Source: Tubulanus polymorphus
Taxonomy: Eukaryota; Animalia; Nemertea
DNA length: 64,000 nucleotides
Assembly: GCF_964204645.1 (NCBI RefSeq)
Contig: NC_134028.1
Span: 17,181,653 to 17,245,652 of the forward strand
Reading direction: 5' to 3'
The position numbers were made by a program, and so were the translations under genes. Positions 30,001 through 42,961 of this stretch are shown here, in pieces. The notes beneath the pieces are model-generated. The model ran no database searches. It saw only the letters and a program-made list of their open reading frames with translations, and was not told where the DNA came from. How positions within the stretch are numbered: the stretch's first letter is position 1; each line of letters opens with the position of its first letter.

Positions 30001-33000
30001 GCCCGCGACAATTCATTATTTTGGTTTTGTCGCACGCGACAATAGCGACAATTCAAGATTTTGGTTTTATCGCCCACGACAATTCAATATTTTGGTTTTA
30101 TCGCCCGCGATAATTCATTATTTTGGTTTTATCGCCCGCGACAATTCATTATTTTGGTTTTATCGCCCGCGACAATTCATTATTTTGGTTTTGTCGCACG
30201 TGACAATAGCGACAATTCAAGATTTTGGTTTTATTGCCCGCGACAATTCATTTTTTGGATTTGTCGCCCACGACAATTCATTATTTTGGTTTTATCGCCC
30301 GCGACAATTCATTATTTTGGTTTTATCGCCCGCGACAATTCATTATTTTGGTTTTGTCGCCCCGACAATTCTTTTTTTCGGTTTTGTCGCCGGCGACAAT
30401 TCATTAGTCTGGTTTTGTCGCCCGCGACAATTCATTATTTCGGTTTTATCGCCCGCGACAATTCATTATTTCGGTTTTATCGCCCGCGACAATTCATTAA
30501 TTTGGTTTTGTCACCCGCGACAATTCAATATTTTGGTTTTATATTTTGTTTAGTTGCCCGCGACAATTTTTTTTTGGTTTTGTCGCCCACGACAATTCAA
30601 TATTTTGGTTTTATCGCCCGCGATAATTCATTATTTTGGTTTTGTCGCCTGCGACAATTCAATATTTTGGTTTTATCGCCCGCGACAATTCATTACTTTA
30701 GTTTTATCTCCAGCGACAATTCATTATTTTGGTTTTGTCGCCCGGGATAATTCTTCTTTTTGGTTTTGTCGCCCGCAACAATTCATTATTTTGGTTTTAT
30801 ATTTTGTTTAGTTGCCCGCGACAATTCAATATTTTGGTTTTGTCGCCTGCGACAATTCAATATTTTGGTTTTATCGCCCGCGACAATTCATTACTTTAGT
30901 TTTATCTCCAGCGACAATTCATTATTTTGGTTTTGTCGCCCGGGATAATTCTTCTTTTTGGTTTTGTCGCCCGCAACAATTCATTATTTTGGTTTTATAT
31001 TTTGTTTAGTTGCCCGCGACAATTTTTTTTTGGTTTTGTCGCCCACGACAATTCAATATTTTGGTTTTATCGCCCGCGATAATTCATTATTTTGGTTTTA
31101 TCGCCCGCGACAATTCATTATTTTGGTTTTATCGCCCGCGACAATTCATTATTTTGGTTTTGTCGCACGCGACAATAGCGACAATTCAAGATTTTGGTTT
31201 TATCGCCCACGACAATTCAATATTTTGGTTTTATCGCCCGCGATAATTCATTATTTTGGTTTTATCGCCCGCGACAATTCATTATTTTGGTTTTATCGCC
31301 CGCGACAATTCATTATTTTGGTTTTGTCGCACGTGACAATAGCGACAATTCAAGATTTTGGTTTTATTGCCCGCGACAATTCATTTTTTGGATTTGTCGC
31401 CCACGACAATTCAATATTTTGGTTTTATCGCCCGCGACAATTCATTATTTTGGTTTTATCGCCCGCGACAATTCATTATTTCGGTTTTGTCGCCCCGACA
31501 ATTCTTTTTTTCGGTTTTGTCGCCGGCGACAATTCATTAGTCTGGTTTTGTCGCCCGCGACAATTCATTATTTCGGTTTTATCGCCCGCGACAATTCATT
31601 ATTTCGGTTTTATCGCCCGCGACTATTCATTAATTTGGTTTTGTCACCCGCGACAATTCAATATTTTGGTTTTATCGCCCGCGACAATTCATTATTTTGG
31701 TTTTATCGCCCGCGACAATTCAATATTTTGGTTTTATCGCCCGCGACAATTCATTACTTTAGTTTTATCTCCAGCGACAATTCATTATTTTGGTTTTGTC
31801 GCCCGGGACAATTCTTCTTTTTGGTTTTGTCGCCCGCAACAATTCATTATTTTGGTTTTATATTTTGTTTTAGTTGCCCGCGACAATTTTTTTTTTGGTT
31901 TTGTCGCCCATGACAATTCAATATTTTGGTTTTATCGCCCGCGATAATTCATTATTTTGGTTTTATCGCCCGCGACAATTCATTATTTTGGTTTTATCGC
32001 CCGCGACAATTCATTATTTTGGTTTTGTCACCCGAGACAATTCATCATTTTGGTTTTATCGCCCGCGACAATTCATTATTTTGGTTTTGTCGCCCGCGAC
32101 AATTCACCATTTTGGTTTTGTCGCCCACGACAATTCATAATTTTGGTTTTGTCGCCAGCGACAATTCACCATTTTGGTTTTGTCGCCCGCGACAATTCAC
32201 CGTTTTGGTTTTGTCACCCGCGACAATTCATTATTTTGGTTTTATCGCCCGCGACAATTCATTATTTTGGTTTTGTCGCCCCGACAATTCTTTTTTTGGT
32301 TTTGTCGCCCGCGACAATTCATTATTTTAGTTTTATCGCCCGCGACAATTCAATATTTTGGTTTTATCACCCGCGACAATTCATTATTTTAGTTTTATCG
32401 CCCGCGACAATTCAATATTTTGGTTTTGTCGCCTGCGACAATTCAATATTTTGGTTTTGTCGCCCGGGACAATTCTTCTTTTTGGTTTTGTCGCCCGCAA
32501 CAATTCATTATTTTGGTTTTATATTTTGTTTTAGTTGCCCGCGACAATTTTTTTTTTGGTTTTGTCACCCGCGACAATTCATTATTTTGGTTTTATCGCC
32601 CGCGACAATTCATTATTTTGGTTTTGTCGCCCCGACAATTCATTATTTTGGTTTTATATTTTGTTTTAGTTGCCCGCGACAATTTTTTTTTTGGTTTTGT
32701 CGCCCATGACAATTCAATATTTTGGTTTTATCGCCCGCGACAATTTTTTTTTTGGTTTTGTCACCCGCGACAATTCATTATTTTGGTTTTATCTCCAGCG
32801 ACAATTCATTATTTTGGTTTTGTCGCCCGGGACAATTCTTCTTTTTGGTTTTGTCGCCCGCAACAATTCATTATTTTGGTTTTATATTTTGTTTTAGTTG
32901 CCCGCGACAATTTTTTTTTTGGTTTTGTCGCCCATGACAATTCAATATTTTGGTTTTATCGCCCGCGATAATTCATTATTTTGGTTTTATCGCCCGCGAC

Positions 33001-36000
33001 AATTCATTATTTTGGTTTTATCGCCCGCGACAATTCATTATTTTGGTTTTGTCACCCGAGACAATTCATCATTTTGGTTTTATCGCCCGCGACAATTCAT
33101 TATTTTGGTTTTGTCGCCCGCGACAATTCACCATTTTGGTTTTGTCGCCCACGACAATTCATAATTTTGGTTTTGTCGCCAGCGACAATTCACCATTTTG
33201 GTTTTGTCGCCCGCGACAATTCACCGTTTTGGTTTTGTCACCCGCGACAATTCATTATTTTGGTTTTATCGCCCGCGACAATTCATTATTTTGGTTTTGT
33301 CGCCCCGACAATTCTTTTTTTGGTTTTGTCGCCCGCGACAATTCATTATTTTAGTTTTATCGCCCGCGACAATTCAATATTTTGGTTTTATCACCCGCGA
33401 CAATTCATTATTTTAGTTTTATCGCCCGCGACAATTCAATATTTTGGTTTTGTCGCCTGCGACAATTCAATATTTTGGTTTTGTCGCCCGGGACAATTCT
33501 TCTTTTTGGTTTTGTCGCCCGCAACAATTCATTATTTTGGTTTTATATTTTGTTTTAGTTGCCCGCGACAATTTTTTTTTTGGTTTTGTCACCCGCGACA
33601 ATTCATTATTTTGGTTTTATCGCCCGCGACAATTCATTATTTTGGTTTTGTCGCCCCGACAATTCTTTTTTTTGGTTTTGTCGCCCGCGACAATTCATTA
33701 TTTTAGTTTTATCGCCCGCGACAATTCAATATTTTGGTTTTATCACCCGCGACAATTCATTACTTTAGTTTTATCTCCAGCGACAATTCATTATTTTGGT
33801 TTTGTCGCCCGGGATAATTCTTCTTTTTGGTTTTGTCGCCCGCAACAATTCATTATTTTGGTTTTATATTTTGTTTAGTTGCCCGCGACAATTTTTTTTT
33901 GGTTTTGTCGCCCACGACAATTCATTATTTTTGTTTTGTCGCACGCGACAATAGCGACAATTCAAGATTTTGGTTTTATCGCCCGCGACAATTCATTTTT
34001 TGGATTTGTCGCCCACGACAATTCAATATTTTGGTTTTATCGCCCGCGACAATTCATTATTTTGGTTTTATCGCCCGCGACAATTCATTATTTTGGTTTT
34101 GTCACCCGAGACAATTCATCATTTTGGTTTTATCGCCCGCGACAATTCATTATTTTGGTTTTGTCCCCCGCGACAATTCACCATTTTGGTTTTGTCGCCT
34201 GGACAATTCACCATTTTGGTTTTGTCGCCCGCGACGATTCATTATTTTGGTTTTGTCGCCCCCACAATTCTTTTTTTGGTTTTGTCGCCCGCGACAATTC
34301 ACCGTTTTGGTTTTGTCACCCGCGACAATTCATTATTTTGGTTTTATCGCCCGCGACAATTCATTATTTTGGTTTTGTCGCCCCGACAATTCTTTTTTTT
34401 GGTTTTGTCGCCCGCGACAATTCATTATTTTAATTTTATCGCCCGCGACAATTCAATATTTTGGTTTTATCACCCGCGACAATTCATTATTTTAGTTTTA
34501 TCGCCCGCGACAATTCAATATTTTGGTTTTGTCGCCTGCGACAATTCAATATTTTGGTTTTATCGCCCGGGATAATTCTTCTTTTTGGTTTTGTCGCCCG
34601 CAACAATTCATTATTTTGGTTTTATATTTTGTTTAGTTGCCCGCGACAATTTTTTTTTTGGTTTTGTCGCCCACGACAATTCATTATTTTTGTTTTGTCG
34701 CACGCGACAATAGCGACAATTCATTACTTTAGTTTTATCTCCAGCGACAATTCATTATTTTGGTTTTGTCGCCCGGGATAATTCTTCTTTTTGGTTTTGT
34801 CGCCCGCAACAATTCATTATTTTGGTTTTATATTTTGTTTAGTTGCCCGCGACAATTTTTTTTTGGTTTTGTCGCCCACGACAATTCATTATTTTTGTTT
34901 TGTCGCACGCGACAATAGCGACAATTCAAGATTTTGGTTTTATCGCCCGCGACAATTCATTTTTTGGATTTGTCGCCCACGACAATTCAATATTTTGGTT
35001 TTATCGCCCGCGACAATTCATTACTTTGGTTTTATCGCCTGCGACAATTCATTAATTTGGTTTTGTCACCCGCGACAAAACAATATTTTGATTTTGTCGC
35101 CCACGACAATTCAATATTTTGGTTTTGTCACCCGCGACAATTCATTATTTTGGTTTTATCGCCCGCGACAATTCATTATTTTGGTTTTGTCGCCCCGACA
35201 ATTCTTTTTTTTGGTTTTGTCGCCCGCGACAATTCATTATTTTAGTTTTATCGCCCGCGACAATTCAATATTTTGGTTTTGTCGCCTGCGACAATTCAAT
35301 ATTTTGGTTTTATCGCCCGCGACAATTCATTACTTTAGTTTTATCTCCAGCGACAATTCATTATTTTTGTTTTGTCGCCCGGGATAATTCTTCTTTTTGG
35401 TTTTGTCGCCCGCAACAATTCATTATTTTGGTTTTATATTTTGTTTAGTTGCCCGCAACAATTTTTTTTTGGTTTTGTCGCCCACAACAATTCAATATTT
35501 TGGTTTTATCGCCCGTGATAATTCATTATTTTGGTTTTGTCGCCTGCGACAATTCAATATTTTGGTTTTATCGCCCGCGACAATTCATTACTTTAGTTTT
35601 ATCTCCAGCGACAATTCATTATTTTGGTTTTGTCGCCCGGGATAATTCTTCTTTTTGGTTTTGTCGCCCGCAACAATTCATTATTTTGGTTTTATATTTT
35701 GTTTAGTTGCCCGCGACAATTCAATATTTTGGTTTTGTCGCCTGCGACAATTCAATATTTTGGTTTTATCGCCCGCGACAATTCATTACTTTAGTTTTAT
35801 CTCCAGCGACAATTCATTATTTTGGTTTTGTCGCCCGGGATAATTCTTCTTTTTGGTTTTGTCGCCCGCAACAATTCATTATTTTGGTTTTATATTTTGT
35901 TTAGTTGCCCGCGACAATTTTTTTTTGGTTTTGTCGCCCACGACAATTCAATATTTTGGTTTTATCACCCGCGATAATTCATTATTTTGGTTTTATCGCC

Positions 36001-39000
36001 CGCGACAATTCATTATTTTGGTTTTATCGCCTGCGACAATTCATTATTTTGGTTTTGTCGCACGCGACAATAGCGACAATTCAAGATTTAGGTTTTATCG
36101 CCCACGACAATTCAATATTTTGGTTTTATCGCCCGCGATAATTCATTATTTTGGTTTTATCGCCCGCGACAATTCATTATTTTGGTTTTATCGCCCGCGA
36201 CAATTCATTATTTTGGTTTTGTCGCACGTGACAATAGCGACAATTCAAGATTTTGGTTTTATTGCCCGCGACAATTCATTTTTTGGATTTGTCGCCCACG
36301 ACAATTCAATATTTTGGTTTTATCGCCCGCGACAATTCATTATTTTGGTTTTGTCGCCTGCGACAATTCAATATTTTGGTTTTATCGCCCGCGACAATTC
36401 ATTACTTTAGTTTTATCTCCAGCGACAATTCATTATTTTGGTTTTGTCGCCCGGGATAATTCTTCTTTTTGGTTTTGTCGCCCGCAACAATTCATTATTT
36501 TGGTTTTATATTTTGTTTAGTTGCCCGCAACAATTTTTTTTTGGTTTTGTCGCCCACGACAATTCAATATTTTGGTTTTATCGCCCGCGATAATTCATTA
36601 TTTTGGTTTTATCGCCCGCGACAATTCATTATTTTGGTTTTATCGCCCGTGACAATTCATTATTTTGGTTTTGTCACCCGAGACAATTCATCATTTTGGG
36701 TTTTATCGCTCGCGACAATTCATTATTTTGGTTTTGTCCCCCGCGACAATTCACCATTTTGGTTTTGTCACCCACGACAATTCATTATTTTGGTTTTGTC
36801 GCACGCGACAATTCATTATTTTAGTTTTATCGCCCGCGACAATTCATTATTTTGGTTTTGTCGCACCGACAATTCTTTTTTTGGTTTTGTCGCCCGCGAC
36901 AATTCATTAATTTGGTTTTGTCGCCCGCGAAAATTCAATATTTTGGTTTTATCGCCCACGACAATTCACTACTTTGGTTTTATCGCCAGCGACAATTCAT
37001 TATTTTGGTTTTGTCGACTGCGACAATTCTTCTTTTTGGTTTTGTCGCCCGCGACAATTCATTATTTTGGTTTTGTCGAACGCGACGATTCATTATTTTT
37101 GTTTTGTCGCCCGCGACAATTCACCATTTTGGTTTTGTCGCACGCGACAATAGCGACAATTCAAGATTTTGGTCTTATCGCCCGCGACAATTCATTTTTT
37201 GGATTTGTCGCCCACGACAATTCAATATTTTGGTTTTATCGCCCGCGACAATTCATTATTTAGGTTTTATCGCCCGCGACAATTCATTATTTTGGTTTTG
37301 TCGCACACGACAATGGCGACAATTCAAGATTTTGGTTTTATCGCCCACGACAATTCAATATTTTGGTTTTATCGCCCGCGACAATTCATTATTTTGGTTT
37401 TGTCGCACACGACAATGGCGACAATTCAAGATTTTGGTTTTATCGCCCACGACAATTCAATATTTTGGTTTTATCGCCCGCAACAATTCATTATTTTGGT
37501 TTTGTATTTTGTTTTTGTCGCCCGCGACAATTTTTTTTAATGGTTTTGTCGCCCGCGACAATTCAATATTTTGGTTTTATCGCCCGCGACAATTCATTAT
37601 TTTGGTTTTGTCGCCCGCGACAATTCACCATTTTGGTTTTGTCACCCACGACAATTCATTATTTTGGTTTTATCGCCCGCGACAATTCATTATTTTAGTT
37701 TTATTGCCCGCGACAATTCATTATTTTGGTTTCGTCGCACCGACAATTCTTTTTTTGGTTTTGTCGCCCGCGACAATTCATTAATTTGGTTTTGTCGCCC
37801 GCGTTAATTCATTAGTCTGGTTTTGTCGCCCGCGACAATTCAATATTTTGGTTTTGTCGCCCGGGATAATTCTTCTTTTTGGTTTTGTCGCCCGCAACAA
37901 TACATTATTTTGGTTTTATATTTTGTTTAGCTGCCCGCGACAATTTTTTTTTGGTTTTGTCGCCCACGACAATTCAATATTTTGGTTTTATCGCCTGCGA
38001 TAATTCATTATTTTGGTTTTATCGCCCGCGACAATTCATTATTTTGGTTTTATCGCCCGCGACAATTCATTATTTTGGTTTTATCACCCGCGACAATTCA
38101 TTATTTTAGTTTTATCGCCCGCGACAATTCAATATTTTGGTTTTGTCGCCTGCGACAATTCAATATTTTGGTTTTATCGCCCGCGACAATTCATTACTTT
38201 AGTTTTATCTCCAGCGACAATTCATTATTTTGGTTTTGTCGCCCGGGATAATTCTTCTTTTTGGTTTTGTCGCCCGCAACAATTCATTATTTTGGTTTTA
38301 TATTTTGTTTAGTTGCCCGCGACAATTCAATATTTTGGTTTTGTCGCCTGCGACAATTCAATATTTTGGTTTTATCGCCCGCGACAATTCATTACTTTAG
38401 TTTTATCTCCAGCGACAATTCATTATTTTGGTTTTGTCGCCCGGGATAATTCTTCTTTTTGGTTTTGTCGCCCGCAACAATTCATTATTTTGGTTTTATA
38501 TTTTGTTTAGTTGCCCGCGACAATTTTTTTTTGGTTTTGTCGCCCACGACAATTCAATATTTTGGTTTTATCGCCCGCGATAATTCATTATTTTGGTTTT
38601 ATCGCCCGCGACAATTCATTATTTTGGTTTTATCGCCCGCGACAATTCATTATTTTGGTTTTGTCGCACGCGACATTAGCGACAATTCAAGATTTTGGTT
38701 TTATCGCCCACGACAATTCAATATTTTGGTTTTATCGCCCGCGATAATTCATTATTTTGGTTTTATCGCCCGCGACAATTCATTATTTTGGTTTTATCGC
38801 CCGCGACAATTCATTATTTTGGTTTTGTCGCACGTGACAATAGCGACAATTCAAGATTTTGGTTTTATTGCCCGCGACAATTCATTTTTTGGATTTGTCG
38901 CCCACGACAATTCAATATTTTGGTTTTATCGCCCGCGACAATTCATTATTTTGGTTTTATCGCCCGCGACAATTCATTATTTTGGTTTTATCGCCCGCGA

Positions 39001-40701
39001 CAATTCATTAATTTGGTTTTGTCACCCGCGACAAAACAATATTTTGATTTTGTCGCCCACGACAATTCATTAGTCTGGTTTTATCGCCCGCGACAATTCA
39101 TTATTTCGGTTTTATCGCCCGCGACAATTCATTATTTTGGTTTTGTCGCACGCGACAATAGCGACAATTCAAGATTTTGGTTTTATCGCCCGCGACAATT
39201 CATTTTTTGGATTTGTCGCCCACGACAATTCAATATTTTGGTTTTATCGCCCGCGACAATTCATTATTTCGGTTTTATCGCCCGCGACAATTCATTATTT
39301 TGGTTTTATCGCCCGCGACAAAACAATATTTTGATTTTGTCGCCCGCGAAAATTCAATATTTTGGTTTTATCGCCCGCGACAATTCATTATTTCGGTTTT
39401 ATCGCCCGCGACAATTCATTATTTTGGTTTTGTCGCACGCGACAATAGCGACAATTCAAGATTTTGGTTTTATCGCCCGCGACAATTCATTTTTTGGATT
39501 TGTCGCCCACGACAATTCAATATTTTGGTTTTATCGCCCGCGACAATTCATTATTTCGGTTTTATCGCCCGCGACAATTCATTATTTTGGTTTTATCGCC
39601 CGCGACAATTCATTATTTTGGTTTTGTCGCACACGACAATGGCGACAATTCAAGATTTTGGTTTTATCGCCCACGACAATTCAATATTTTGGTTTTATCG
39701 CCCGCGACAATTCATTATTTTGGTTTTATCGCCCGCTACAATTTTTTTCTCTTTTTGTCGCGGTTTTATCGCCTGCGACACTTCAATATTTTGGTTTTAT
39801 CGCCCGCAACAATTCATTATTTTGGTTTTGTATTTTGTTTTTGTCGCCCGCGACAATTTTTTTTAATGGTTTTGTCGCCCGCGACAATTCAATATTTTAG
39901 TTTTATCGCCCGCGACAATTCATTATTTTGGTTTTGTCGCACCGACAATTCTTTTTTTGGTTTTGTCGCCCGCGACAATTCATTAATTTGGTTTTGTCGC
40001 CCGCGTTAATTCATTAGTCTGGTTTCGTCGCCCGCGACAATTCATTATTTTGGTTTTGTCGCCAGCGACAATTCACCATTTTGGTTTTGTCGCCCGCGAC
40101 AATTCACCGTTTTGGTTTTATCGCCCGCGACAATTCATTATTTTGGTTTTGTCGCCTGCGACAATTCACCGTTTTGGTTTTGTCACCCGCGACAATTCAT
40201 TATTTTGGTTTTATCGCCCGCGACAATTCATTATTTTAGTTTTATCGCCCGCGACAATTCATTATTTTGGTTTTGTCGCCCACGACAATTCAATATTTTG
40301 GTTTTATCGCCCCGACAATTCATTATTTTGGTTTTGTCGCCCCGACAATTCTTTTTTTTGGTTTTGTCGCCGGCGACAATTCATTAGTCTGGTTTTGTCG
40401 CCCGCGACAATTCAATATTTTGGTTTTATCGCCCACGACAATTCAATATTTTGGTTTTATCGCCCGCGAAAATTCATTATTTTGGTTTTATCGCACGCGA
40501 CAATAGCGACAATTCAAGATTTTGGTTTTATCGCCCGCGACAATTCATTTTTTGGATTTGTCGCCCACGACAATTCAATATTTTGGTTTTATCGCCCGCG
40601 ACAATTCATTATTTTGGTTTTATCGCCCGCGACAATTCATTATTTTGGTTTTGTCACCCGAGACAATTCATCATTTTGGTTTTGTCCCCCGCGACAATTC
40701 T
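1..40701. repeat. Tandem satellite DNA, 31-bp monomer (about 1,300 copies), continues past the left window edge
   Basis: Uninterrupted head-to-tail copies of TTTTGGTTTT(G/A)TCGCCCGCGACAATTCA(T/A)TA, all in one orientation, with recurrent variant monomers; the monomer contains the dyad TTGTCGC-CC-GCGACAA. Confidence 0.98.
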
Positions 40702-41299
40702 TTTTCAGTCCACTTGGGACTTTAGTCCCAGCGGGCTATTGTGTTCACTTTTCGTCCGTCCGTCCGTCCATAGACGGAATCCAGTTATTTTGGGAAGTTT
40801 TGAAGACGGTAAGGTAATGTCTTGATATTTGGTTTATACATGTATCTACCCTAGACACATCGTCAGCCCTAAAACTGGCCCTGTCAGATTCAAGATGGCC
40901 GACTGGCAGCCATTGTTGTTTGCCAAAATCAGCACTTTTTAAACATTTTCGAAGTTTTCGTGGGAAATTTTGAAGACGCTTTGATCAATTACCTTGATCT
41001 TTCGTTTATATTTGAATCTACCAAAGGCCCATCAGCATAAGAAAATTGGGTCGATCTGACTCAAGATGGCCGTCCTATGACCTTTTTAGTGCCCAAAAAT
41101 GTCAATTTTGGCCAGAATTCTAGGTCCTGTAGCTTCCTACTGGTTTGCCATTTCTCATTGCAATTGCTGATGGGTATTTTTTGGAGAGGGATGTTTTATA
41201 CCTGGGACAGGTGTTTTTGATCAGCCAATTATGACGCAATTGGCGGCCATCTTGGTGTCATCAGTACTCATTCGTAGTTGGGAAAAAGTTTTTCCACAT

Positions 41300-42030
41300 T
41301 AAATTGATACCTAAGCATATTGTGTTACTATATTCAATTGGAAAGTTGTAGCCCATAACGTGTTCTATGATTTTGGTGAGTTTCAAGGTCATTGGTTTTA
41401 GTATGTGGCCATCAGGGGGCGTTGAATAATACAATAACTTAGTATTGATATATTATATTTGTACCAAGGCATATTTTGTTACCATGATCAATTGCAAAGT
41501 TGTAGTTCATGACATCGTCTATGATTGTGGTGAGTTTTTAAGGACATTAGTTATTCCATATAGTCACCAGGGGGCGTTGAATAGTAGAAAAGCTTAGTTT
41601 TTCCTTATTAGATTGGTACCTAGGCATAGTTTGTTACCATGATCCATTGCAAAGTTGTAGATCATGACATCGTCTATGATTGTGGTGAGTTTTTAAGGAC
41701 ATTAGTTATTCTATATAGTCACCAGGGGGCGTAGAATGGCTTAGTATTTCCTTATTAGATTGGTACCTAGGCATATTTTGTTACTATTATCAATTGCAAA
41801 GTTGTATTTCATGACATGTACTACGATTGTGGTGAGTTTTAAGGTCATTGGGTTTTGCATATGGTCACCAGGGGCGTTGAATAGTAGAATAACTCCATAT
41901 TAAATTGGTAACGAGGCATATTTTGTTATCACAATCAATTACAAAATCATAGCTGCTCACATGTTCTATGATTGTGGTGGGTTTCAAGGTCATTGGTTTT
42001 TGTATATGGTCACTAGAGGGCGTTATGTAT
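41300..42030. repeat. About five diverged 145-155 bp tandem repeats inside the HINE-like element
   Basis: GTACCTAGGCATATTTTGTTAC-like anchor recurs near 41306, 41461, 41616, 41763 and 41907; TATGATTGTGGTGAGTTT and CACCAGGGGGCGT-like motifs recur in each unit. Confidence 0.9.
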
Positions 42031-42037
42031 TGAAATT

Positions 42038-42054
42038 GTACTAGCCTCGGCAGT

Positions 42055-42086
<32 letters not shown>

Positions 42087-42090
42087 TTAG
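42038..42090 (+). pseudogene. U6: 5' half of a U6 snRNA (truncated pseudogene or captured fragment)
   Basis: GTACTAGCCTCGGCAGTACATATACTAAAATTGGAACGATACAGAGAAG-TTAG matches U6 nt 1-54, including the 5' stem-loop (GTACT/AGTAC), ATATAC and the invariant ACAGAGA box; the 3' half is absent. Confidence 0.92.
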
Positions 42091-42148
42091 ATTGTTGAGC
42101 ATTTGAAACCACTTCCCAAGTGAGCATGGTGTCCCTGGACCCCTAGTT

Positions 42149-42625
42149 TAGTTTTGTCTCCCGCGACAATTCATTATTCTGGTTTTGTCGCCACGACAAT
42201 TCAATATTTTGGTTTTAACGCCCGCGACAATTCATTATTGTGGTTTTATCGCCCGCGACAATTCATTATTTTGGTTTTGTCGCCCGCGACAATTCACCAT
42301 TTTGGTTTTGTCGCCCGCGACAATTCACCGTTTTGGTTTTGTCACCCGCGACAATTCATTATTTTGGTTTTATCGCCCGCGACAATTCATTATTTTGGTT
42401 TTATCGCCCGCGACAATTCATTATTTTGGTTTTATCGCCGCGACAATTCAATATTTTGGTTTTAACGCCCGCGACAATTCATTATTGTGGTTTTATCGCC
42501 CGCGACAATTCATTATTTTGGTTTTATCGCCCGCGACAATTCATTATTTTTGTTTTGTCCCCCGTGACAATTCAATATTTTGGTTTTGTCACCCGCGACA
42601 ATTCATAATTTTGGTTTTGTCGGAA
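42149..42625. repeat. Terminal block (about 15 monomers) of the same 31-bp satellite
   Basis: Same monomer and orientation, with private variants (TTTTAACGCC, TATTGTGG); decays into unique sequence at about 42625. Confidence 0.95.
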
Positions 42626-42961
42626 CATTAAGTTTTTTGGTCGAACAGTGTGTTAAGGTCGTTTTGGAAATTTAATCGGTCTGGTATATTTTGGATTACT
42701 GTGTATGTCATTTGTCAGGACATTAAACAGAAGACGACTTAGGATACTAACTTGCGTGTCTCAACTAGTTAGACCGTCTCATTCCAAGATGAGGCGTTCC
42801 GTTGATTTCGGTTACAAGTTTTCGTTCAGAGATAACTGCTGAGCCATTTTAACGACCTATAATTGATACTGTTTCCTAATAGCCTTTTTAGTAATGGCTG
42901 ATGTTGAGCCTTATCAAATGCTTTGTTGAAATCCACCGTTGAACAGGATTCTAAGACTGTG

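Larger units (their letters stand above)
40702..42148 (+). mobile_element. Non-autonomous Helentron-associated element (HINE/DINE-1-like) inserted in the satellite
   Basis: 5' subTIR CACTTGGGA (40711-40719) overlapping hairpin TGGGACT-tt-AGTCCCA; (CGTC)4 microsatellite 40753-40768; central tandem repeats; 3' subTIR TCCCAAGTG (42114-42122) followed by a short GTCC-ct-GGAC hairpin and CTAGTT; T-rich junctions, no TSD; satellite resumes in the same orientation. Confidence 0.75.

Noticed and set aside
1-40701. CRISPR array (31-bp palindromic repeat)
   Set aside because: No unique spacers between repeats, no cas genes, eukaryotic context.
1-40701. Telomeric repeat (TTTTGG-like) or CENP-B box
   Set aside because: TTTTGG occurs once per monomer rather than in tandem, and the CENP-B box pattern is not matched.
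42038-42145. Functional U6 snRNA gene
   Set aside because: The match stops after about nt 54; the internal stem-loop, 3' region and poly(T) terminator are missing.
20-42631. Hundreds of + strand ORFs (VLSPATIHYFGF / ARDNSLFWF / RPRQFIIL repeats)
   Set aside because: The 31-bp monomer has no stop codon on the + strand, so all three frames stay open and cycle through the same peptide; starts are mostly TTG and indels are frame-indifferent. Artefact of the satellite.
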